Positions 49,823-56,959 of a stretch of 64,000 nt of DNA are shown piece by piece. This DNA is from an uncultured Acidobacteriota bacterium (GTDB lineage Bacteria > Acidobacteriota > Polarisedimenticolia > Polarisedimenticolales > DASRJG01). The notes beneath the pieces are model-generated. The model did no database searches and was not told the origin of the DNA. It was given only the letters and a program-made list of their open reading frames with translations. A program made the position numbers and the translations under genes. The DNA lies in contig CAZYHZ010000001.1 in the NCBI GenBank assembly GCA_964647625.1, forward strand, positions 94,742 to 158,741. The letters run 5' to 3'. Numbering within the stretch: the stretch's first letter is position 1; the number at the start of each line of letters is the position of its first letter.

Positions 49823-51619
49823 ATGAAACGAATCGTCACGGTCGCGCTGTTGTTGTCGGGTCTCGCCGCCGCGCTCGCGCCGGCTCGAGCGACGTGCTCG
49901 AGCGGCTTCTCGATGTATCTCGCCGGACAGGTGCCCGAGATTCACTTCACCGCGGGCGTGCCGCAGACGATCTCGTTCAAGCCGTGGTACGTCTCGTTTT
50001 CATCGTCGAGCGGCTCGTGCGGGGTCTTCGCGAAGTCGACGACCGCCGGCGTGGGAATCCGGGATTCGTACGGGTGCCCGGGGACCGGCTGCACGCTCGA
50101 GCCGACGGGGACCTGGGCCCCGGTCGGGAGCGCGTACGACATCGCCTCGTTGACGGTCTCCCAGAAGGCCGAGGACATTCCGATCGTCTACGACGGGACC
50201 TCGCCGGCGGGCACCTACGGCACGGTGCAGATCGGACTCCGCGACAACGACCTCGGCATCGACAGCGAGGGGATCATCGGCGTCATGAACGTCTACATCG
50301 ACTCCGCGACGCCGACTCCGACCTGGTTCGGCGTCGGCACGTCGGCTTCGAACGTATCGGGCGATCACGTGGTCATCGACCATCCGTACCTCAACAATAA
50401 CTACAACGCGAAGCTGTTCGTATCGCACGTTCGGAATCCGGGCGGCACGAACTCCGGCACGTCCTGGAACCACCCGATCTCCGTGGTCTACGACTCCGGA
50501 TTGGAGCGTTGGACGATCCACAACGCCGACGGCGTCGCGATGCCGACGGGTCTCGGGTTCGGCCTGCGCGTCGATCCGACCGCGATCACGGTCTGCACGT
50601 CTTCGTTTCCGGGGACGTACACGTACGTGAACATCGATCATCCCCTCTCGAACAACAGTGTGTGGGCGACGGTCCTGGTGACGCCGATCGGCGGAGGCGC
50701 GCACCCGGTCGCCGTCACCTTTGTCTCGCCGAACTGGCACATCGTCTACCAGGACGGCGCGAACATCCCCCCCGGCACCTGCTTCAACGTGCAGGCGTAC
50801 GCGTTCAGCCACTATCTCGACGATCCCGCGTCGGGCGACTACTCGAGCCGCACGGGTATCGCCGCGGATTGGGGGGTTGGCGAGGACATCGGCGGCGACG
50901 GATCCGGCCACAGCTCGGCCGGCACGCGGACCCTCGAATTCGACTGGGCGCTCGGGAATCCGTCCCGGCCGGTCATCACGACGTACAACTTGTCGCCTCT
51001 CGGCTGGACCGCGAGCTTCGATTCGAAGTACTTCGGCGTCACCGCGCCTCTCGCCAACGTCTTCGGCCGCCGTTGGGGCGTCTACGAAGAGGACGGGAGC
51101 ACGATGCCGCTCGGCGATCGATTCAACGTGTGGACGAGCTGCGCGGCCGACGCGTGGTACCCGGACGCAGACGGCGACGGGTACGGCGCATCGGGGCCGG
51201 TCGTGGCCTCGTGCGCGCCGCCCGCGGGCTACGCGAACCGCGCCGGCGACTGCGATGACACGAACGCGACCAAGTACCCGGGCTCGGTCGAGATCAACGA
51301 CGGACTGGACAACACCTGCCCCGGCGTGGACGGCGCCGGCCTGGTGGACGAGCTGTCGGGGCTGGCCTGGTTCGACGACGCGACCACGCTGTGCTGGTTC
51401 ACGCAGGCCGGCGCCACGCTCTACGACATCGCCCGCAGCGCGCAGAGGAACTTTTCGTCCTGCTCGTTGATCGGGACGTCGTCTACCGCTTGCTTCCAGG
51501 ACGCGACGGTTCCCACCGCGGGCCACATCAATTACTACCTCGTGCGGCCTTCGAGCCCCCACGTCGGAAGCTGGGGGATGGGCGCATTCGGAAACGAGCG
51601 CCTCCTGACCTGTCAGTGA
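49823..51619 (+). CDS. secreted protein with a triplicated uncharacterised domain, MopE-type motif and shared C-terminal module
   Basis: ATG at 49823. Signal peptide MKRIVTVALLLSGLAAALAPARA. There are three internal ~70-90 aa repeats (see the finding at 50348-51136). The MopE motif is DADGDGYGASG....GDCDDTNATKYPGSVEINDGLDNTCPG. The C-terminal module ends LLTCQ. Confidence 0.75.
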   Translation: MKRIVTVALLLSGLAAALAPARATCSSGFSMYLAGQVPEIHFTAGVPQTISFKPWYVSFSSSSGSCGVFAKSTTAGVGIRDSYGCPGTGCTLEPTGTWAPVGSAYDIASLTVSQKAEDIPIVYDGTSPAGTYGTVQIGLRDNDLGIDSEGIIGVMNVYIDSATPTPTWFGVGTSASNVSGDHVVIDHPYLNNNYNAKLFVSHVRNPGGTNSGTSWNHPISVVYDSGLERWTIHNADGVAMPTGLGFGLRVDPTAITVCTSSFPGTYTYVNIDHPLSNNSVWATVLVTPIGGGAHPVAVTFVSPNWHIVYQDGANIPPGTCFNVQAYAFSHYLDDPASGDYSSRTGIAADWGVGEDIGGDGSGHSSAGTRTLEFDWALGNPSRPVITTYNLSPLGWTASFDSKYFGVTAPLANVFGRRWGVYEEDGSTMPLGDRFNVWTSCAADAWYPDADGDGYGASGPVVASCAPPAGYANRAGDCDDTNATKYPGSVEINDGLDNTCPGVDGAGLVDELSGLAWFDDATTLCWFTQAGATLYDIARSAQRNFSSCSLIGTSSTACFQDATVPTAGHINYYLVRPSSPHVGSWGMGAFGNERLLTCQ

Positions 51620-51635
51620 CGCGAATGCCCGCGGC

Positions 51636-54600
51636 TCAGGGCGTCACGCCGCATGGATTCGCCGTCTCGATCAGGTAGAAGTGGCTGTCGCCCGGCGCGA
51701 TCGGCTCCGAATAGGTGGCTGCCGTCGGGCTCGACACGATCCCCGTCGGGGTGCAGCCGACGGGCTCGCCGCATCGCTTGACGTTGTAGAAGTCGGCGTT
51801 CGCGATCGAACCCCACGTCAGCTCGACGGTCGAGCCGACCTTGTTGACGCGGAGCGTGTTCCCCGGTGAGCCCGGGCGGGCGAAATCGTAGAAGCCGCCC
51901 GTCGCAAGGTTGTTGTCGAGGTTCCCGTTCGCGGTCCCGCCCCAGATCGCCATGCTCGTGCCGGTCCACACCGCGAGGTGCTTGAAGCGAACCGACGGCG
52001 GACCGCCCGCTGTCGATATCGGGTTCCAGAGATCGGCGGTGGGGTTGTAGTGTCCGCCGTCGTTGAGCCTCGATGCCCCGTTCGAGCCGCCCCACACCAG
52101 CATCTCGGTCCCGGTCCAGACGGCCGTGTGGAGATAGCGCGCGGAGGGAACGCCCGCGGCGGTCGACGTCGGAACCCACGTGTTCGACCCGGGCGTGAAG
52201 CGTCCGCCGGTGTTGACGTACGTCGTCGAGGTCGGATTGCCTCCCCAGACGATCATCTCCGAGCCGGTCCAGATCGCCGTGGGGTTCGCCCGTGCCGCCG
52301 GCACGTTCGCGCCGACCGAGGTCGCCGTCCACGCGTTCGTCACGGGGTTGTACTTGCCGCCGGTGTTCAAGTACGCGAGCCCGTCGAGCCCGCCCCACAC
52401 GACCATCTCGCTTCCCGTCCAGACCGCGGCGTGGAAGTCGCGCGGTTCGGGCGCGTTCGTCAAGTTGGTCGCGCTCCACAGGTTCGTCGCCGGGTCGTAG
52501 CGGCCGCCGGTGTTCTGTGTCGTCGAGCCGTTGAGCCCGCCCCACACGATCATCTGCGTTCCGCTCCAGACGGCGGTGTGATTGATGCGCGCGAGAGGCG
52601 CGTTGGTCAGCGAGGTCGTCTGCCAAGAGTCGCTCGCCGGGTTGTAACGCCCGCCCGATTGATAGACGCCGGAGCCCTGGCCGCCCCAGACGATCATCTC
52701 GGATCCGGTCCAGACCGCCGTGTGGAACTCGCGTCCCGCCGGGAGGTTCGCGCCTTCGGACATCGTGTGCCAGGCGTCGGTCGCCGGCTCGTAGCGTCCG
52801 CCGGAGCTCGTCGCCGAAGACCCCTGGGACGCGCCGCCCCAGACGAGAAGCTCGTTCCCGGTCCAGATCCCGGGCGTGCTGATGCGGCCGCTCGGCATGT
52901 TCGTGCCGATCGCCGTCGGCACCCAGCTGTCTCCGACCGGATCGTAGCGCGCGCCCGCCTTGTAGATGTCCCCTCCCACGGAGGAGTTCTGCCCGCCCCA
53001 CACGATCATCTCGCTGCCGGTCCAGACGGCCCGCGCAAACAGGCGTCCGGGCGGGACGTTCGCCGTCGCGGTGGCGGCCCAGCTATCCGTGGCAGGGTCG
53101 TAGCGACCGCCGGTGGTGATGAACTGGGCCGTGCCGTTGCTGCCGCCCCACACGACCATCTTCGAGCCGGTCCACACGGCGTAGTGCTGCGAGCGGACCG
53201 GCGGAGCGCTCGTCGTGGTCGTCGCGGTCCACGTGTCGGTGCTCGGGTTGTAGCGCGCTCCGTTGTTGAAGTACGTCCCCGTGTTGTTCCCGCCCCCCCA
53301 GACGATCATCTCGGTTCCGGTCCAGACGGCGCTGTGATCGGTTCGTGCGGAAGGTTGGCCGGTCGTCGTGTGCGGCGTCCAGGTGTCGGTTGCGGGATCG
53401 TACCGGCCGCCCGCGCCCAGGTTCGTGTTCGTCGAGTTCCCGCCTCCCCAGACGATCATCTCGGAGCCCGTCCACACCGCCGTGTGGCTCACGCGCGCGA
53501 TCGGAACGTTCGTCCCCGTGGACGTCGGCGTCCATGTGTCCGTCGAAGGGTCGTAGCGTCCTCCCGAGTTGTAGTACGTGGACGCCCCCGCAAGACCGCC
53601 CCAGACGATCATCGTGCTTCCGGTCCAGACCGCCGTGGCCAGTTGCCGGGCGGACGGCGCGCCGACAGCCGACATCGGCGTCCACTGGTCGGTGACCGGA
53701 TCGTACCGGCTGCCGTCCTGAAATGAGTTGAACGCGTCCGCTCCGCCCCAGATCAGCATCTCGGTGCCGGTCCAGACCGCGACGTGATAGCGCCTGACCG
53801 AGGGCGCGTTCGCGCCCTGCGAGGTCGGCGTCCAGGTATCGGTCGCGGGATCGTAGCGCGCGCCCGAGTTGAGGAGCCGCCCGGAAATCCCGCCCCACAC
53901 GATCATCTCGCTGCCGGTCCAGACCGCGGTGAAGTACATGCGCCCCTCGGCCGTCCCGTCGAGGAACCCGGGCGGATGGGACCACGAGTCGCAACCGGAC
54001 GCGACCGGATCCGGACCGGGAGCCGCCGCCGCGTCGCAGCTCTTGCCGGAGGCGACGCGGCCGATTCGGAACGCAGACGCGTCCGTTCGCGGCTCATCGA
54101 ACCTGCTTTTGAGGCCGACGCGCGCCGCCGGCCACCACGCGTCGAAGCTCGTCTTCGCCACGGTGAGCGTCTCGATCTCGAGACGGCCGCGGCCAGCGTG
54201 CCGGAGGCGCTTCAGAACGAACGCGTCGGGGCCTTCCTGGAGATGCCCACGCGCCCCCCACGTCGCGGCGTCCCGCTCGATCGATTCCATCTCCTCGCTG
54301 GAAACGCTTCGAGCGCCCGGCTCGGAGGCGGCCGATTCGCCCGTCCCGTACGTCTCGCGCGCGTACGTCCCTCCGAGCCTCGACCAGTCGGAGGCCTCGC
54401 TTCTTGCGGCGAGGGCGTCGGCCTCGCGCCGCGCATCGGCGTGGAACCGCTGGTCTTGCGCGTACCACTCGTGAATCAGCCGGTCGGCGAGGAGCGGCCG
54501 CGCGATCGTCTCGGCGATCAGCAGCGGGTCGTGATGGAGGGCTGCGAACAAGGCCTCGAGCGCCTTCCCGTCCTTCGTGCCGCGGACCATCCGGTCGAGC

Positions 54601-54938
54601 TCGGCCTGGAGCATCGCGGGGGTGATCGCGCGTTTCCAGTAGACCTCGGCCGCCGCCGACTCGTCGAGCGCGTCCTTGACCCTGGCCTCGACGAGCGCCG
54701 CCGGGACGGCCTGGTCGAAGATCGGTTTCGGCGACGGGTTGTCCCGGGGCCAGGTCCTGCGATCGTAGCGAACGCGCTCGACTTCTCGTTGCGCCCAAAC
54801 GCGGTCGGCGAATGTCAGGATGCCGGTTCGGAAGTAGGGCGGGAGCGCCTCGTCCGCCGCGGCTCGGCCCGTCGCGGCGGCGAGGGCCAGGAGCAAGAGG
54901 AACATCATTGACCTTCGCGAGGTCTGGTGGGCACGCAT
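51636..54938 (-). CDS. secreted 14-blade Kelch-repeat protein (paralogue 4) with conserved N-terminal domain and shared C-terminal module
   Basis: AGGAGA lies 8 nt before ATG at 54938. Signal peptide MRAHQTSRRSMMFLLLLALAAATGRAAA. The N-terminal domain is present (LTFADRVWAQREVERVRYDRRTWPRDNPSPKP...). There are 14 blades. The short C-terminal module ends NPCGVTP. There is no MopE or TSP3 segment. Confidence 0.9.
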   Translation of the reverse strand: MRAHQTSRRSMMFLLLLALAAATGRAAADEALPPYFRTGILTFADRVWAQREVERVRYDRRTWPRDNPSPKPIFDQAVPAALVEARVKDALDESAAAEVYWKRAITPAMLQAELDRMVRGTKDGKALEALFAALHHDPLLIAETIARPLLADRLIHEWYAQDQRFHADARREADALAARSEASDWSRLGGTYARETYGTGESAASEPGARSVSSEEMESIERDAATWGARGHLQEGPDAFVLKRLRHAGRGRLEIETLTVAKTSFDAWWPAARVGLKSRFDEPRTDASAFRIGRVASGKSCDAAAAPGPDPVASGCDSWSHPPGFLDGTAEGRMYFTAVWTGSEMIVWGGISGRLLNSGARYDPATDTWTPTSQGANAPSVRRYHVAVWTGTEMLIWGGADAFNSFQDGSRYDPVTDQWTPMSAVGAPSARQLATAVWTGSTMIVWGGLAGASTYYNSGGRYDPSTDTWTPTSTGTNVPIARVSHTAVWTGSEMIVWGGGNSTNTNLGAGGRYDPATDTWTPHTTTGQPSARTDHSAVWTGTEMIVWGGGNNTGTYFNNGARYNPSTDTWTATTTTSAPPVRSQHYAVWTGSKMVVWGGSNGTAQFITTGGRYDPATDSWAATATANVPPGRLFARAVWTGSEMIVWGGQNSSVGGDIYKAGARYDPVGDSWVPTAIGTNMPSGRISTPGIWTGNELLVWGGASQGSSATSSGGRYEPATDAWHTMSEGANLPAGREFHTAVWTGSEMIVWGGQGSGVYQSGGRYNPASDSWQTTSLTNAPLARINHTAVWSGTQMIVWGGLNGSTTQNTGGRYDPATNLWSATNLTNAPEPRDFHAAVWTGSEMVVWGGLDGLAYLNTGGKYNPVTNAWTATSVGANVPAARANPTAIWTGSEMIVWGGNPTSTTYVNTGGRFTPGSNTWVPTSTAAGVPSARYLHTAVWTGTEMLVWGGSNGASRLNDGGHYNPTADLWNPISTAGGPPSVRFKHLAVWTGTSMAIWGGTANGNLDNNLATGGFYDFARPGSPGNTLRVNKVGSTVELTWGSIANADFYNVKRCGEPVGCTPTGIVSSPTAATYSEPIAPGDSHFYLIETANPCGVTP
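51882..53987 (-). repeat. tandem array of 14 Kelch-blade coding repeats
   Basis: Blades were counted in the translation. The boundaries are approximate. Confidence 0.8.
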
Positions 54939-55398
54939 GGATCGTCTCTCCTGGTGGGGATCGCGGAATTCGATGGCGGACATGGCTCGAAGGTACGGAG
55001 GAGCCGTCATTCCGGGATCGGCCGGAAGTTGGAGGGTCCCCCGCAACTTTCGGCGGGGCCGGCGGGAGTGGTGGTACCGTTCCTTGCCCGTGAGAATGAT
55101 CACCGAGCAAGCGACGATTTATCCGGACTGAACTTGGTGACCCGATGAAAGAGTTCATCCATCGAGAGCTGGCCGGAGGTCGTTGGAACGGGCGTTGGAG
55201 CTGTTCCTGCTGACCGTTGACGATCCGCGCCATCGCGCGTCGCCCGCTCGCCTGCGCGAGATCTGCCGTGCTCGCGAGGTCTTGCTCGACTTTGCCGTCG
55301 GGCCCAACCAATACGGATCGACCGACGTCTCGATCCGGCGCTACTTCGATGCGTTCGCGTGCGCCGCGAGGCACGCGCCACCACCGACGAGCTAAGAC

Positions 55399-56358
55399 CT
55401 ACGACCGACTCATACGCTCCGGCGACACCACGGTGTCGTGCTCGAATGCGCATCGTCCCGGCTCGCAGTGCACGAGGCCGACGGACTGGTATTTGGCGTA
55501 GCTGTCGGGGAAAACGGTCACGACGACGTCATGCCGCTTCCGCAATCGGCTCGCCGCGGCGAAGTTGGCGCCGGACGAGACCCCGATGCAGAAGCCGTGC
55601 TCCTTGCAGATGCGCTGTGCTGTGGCCTTCGCATCCGCGGTCGTCACGCAAACGACCTCGTCGATTGACGGGTGCAGCCCCCCGCTTCCGTCGCTCGCGA
55701 TCGCCGGTATGAATCCGTCTCCGATGCCGCCGATGCCGTGCGGGCCCGCACGCCCGCCGCTCATGACGGCGGACTCGGCGGGCTCGACCGCGACGAGCCG
55801 GACGCCGGGCCACTCGGCGCGCAGGCGCCGGCCGACGCCGATCAGCGTCCCACCGGTCCCGACCCCGGCGACGAACGCTCCGACCCCGCCGAGCCCGCGG
55901 GCCGCGATCTGCTCGACGATCTCGGTGCCCGTGGTGCGCTCGTGGCACAGGACGTTGAGCGGGTTCGAGAACTGATCGGGATTGAACCAGCCGTTTGCTC
56001 GGGCGAGATCGTCGCGGATGCGCGCGGCCTCGGCGAAGCTCCCTTCGGCCGAGCAGAGGATCACCTCCGCGCCCAGCGCGTGAAGCGCGCGCTTGCGCTC
56101 CTCGGTCATGTTCTCCGGCATCACGATGGTGATCGGATGGCCCATCTCCCGAGCGACCCACGCGAGCGCGATGCCCGTGTTCCCGCTCGTTGCCTCGACG
56201 ATCCGCTGTCCGGGTGCGAGGAGTCCGCGGCGCACGCTTTCTTCGAGGATGTAGCGCCCGATCCGGTCCTTGACGCTCCCGCACGGGTTGGCGCACTCGA
56301 GCTTGGCCCAAATGCCGCCAACCGAAACCATCGGCGTGCTGCCGACGCGAGGTTCCAT
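55399..56358 (-). CDS. cysteine synthase-like PLP-dependent enzyme (CysK/CysM/CBS fold-type II family)
   Basis: The PLP-lysine motif is NPCGSVKDR. Other motifs are TSGNTGIALA and the glycine loop GVGTGGTLIGVG. ATG at 56358 gives a 319 aa protein, the usual size for this family. The longer ORF-track N-terminus has no family-like sequence. Confidence 0.85.
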   Translation of the reverse strand: MEPRVGSTPMVSVGGIWAKLECANPCGSVKDRIGRYILEESVRRGLLAPGQRIVEATSGNTGIALAWVAREMGHPITIVMPENMTEERKRALHALGAEVILCSAEGSFAEAARIRDDLARANGWFNPDQFSNPLNVLCHERTTGTEIVEQIAARGLGGVGAFVAGVGTGGTLIGVGRRLRAEWPGVRLVAVEPAESAVMSGGRAGPHGIGGIGDGFIPAIASDGSGGLHPSIDEVVCVTTADAKATAQRICKEHGFCIGVSSGANFAAASRLRKRHDVVVTVFPDSYAKYQSVGLVHCEPGRCAFEHDTVVSPERMSRS

Positions 56359-56488
56359 GCCGCCAACGTACCACCCGGAGACCGCGTCGTTCCTACATGT
56401 AAATGATAGGGGTTGTCGCGATTCGATTTCTTTTTTGTGGTTCGGGAAACGCCGCGACCTCTGGTGCGTACTACAAGTGAGGTGATCG

Positions 56489-56926
56489 ATGAGAACAGCC
56501 CGCGAGCGCAAAACCCCGGTGCATCGCGCCCTCGTCGTCATGATGGGGCTCCCTATATGCGCATCAGCTGCATGGGCCCAGGAAACCGGCGTGTGCGTCA
56601 CCGCCAACGTTCCGGAGGCTTTCAGGCTTCCGGACGGTAGCGAGCACGCCGCCGGACGGCTCACCCTCTGCCCTCTCGAAGCACTCAACCCCGCCACGGA
56701 ATTGCACAGCGTGAGCGTGGATGGCGCCGGCACGCGCCTCGCGATGAGCGGACGCACATCGGCCGAGGACTATTCCGGCCCCAACTCGACGATTCTGTTC
56801 CAGCGCGCACCCGGTGGCGGGCTGGATCTCGTCGGCTACGTCGTGCCGTTCGGCAACAAGTCGCGCAGCTACGTGATGAACCGATGGGATCGGGCCGGAT
56901 TCCGTAAGCCGGAGACGAAAAGCTAG
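56489..56926 (+). CDS. secreted hypothetical protein (145 aa)
   Basis: GAGGTG lies 5 nt before ATG at 56489. Signal peptide ALVVMMGLPICASAAWAQE. The third-position GC is coding-like. I recognise no domain. Confidence 0.55.
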   Translation: MRTARERKTPVHRALVVMMGLPICASAAWAQETGVCVTANVPEAFRLPDGSEHAAGRLTLCPLEALNPATELHSVSVDGAGTRLAMSGRTSAEDYSGPNSTILFQRAPGGGLDLVGYVVPFGNKSRSYVMNRWDRAGFRKPETKS

Positions 56927-56959
56927 GCAGAGGTCGACTCGGTCTAAACTCTCCGCGGC

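Noticed and set aside
51613-53994. ORFs 51613-53001(-), 51978-53726(+) and 53083-53994(-) within Kelch paralogue 4. Similar ORFs lie within paralogues 2 and 3 (21348-22099, 22248-23456, 32251-33366, 32984-34300).
   Set aside because: These are off-frame or antisense readings of Kelch arrays, with periodic low-complexity translations and no independent start signals.
54939-55103. Upstream extensions offered by the ORF track for several genes: 54939-55103, 15342-15485, 30821-30934, 45364-45558, 49748-49822, 19006-19209, 39874-40737, 56359-56757, 40793-40978 and 38182-38976.
   Set aside because: In each case an internal ATG or GTG, preceded by a purine-rich Shine-Dalgarno sequence, gives a proper signal peptide or family-typical N-terminus. 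The extension is also Arg-rich and/or overlaps the neighbouring gene.
55183-55395. A 70-aa plus-strand ORF (TTG start after GGAGGT) in the 460-bp gap between Kelch paralogue 4 and the cysteine-synthase-like gene. A 22-aa ATG ORF also starts at 55145.
   Set aside because: GC3 is coding-like, but that is true of many spurious frames here. The SD-to-start spacing is too short (2 nt), there is no recognisable motif, and I have no conservation data. It is left uncalled but is worth a Ribo-seq or homology check.
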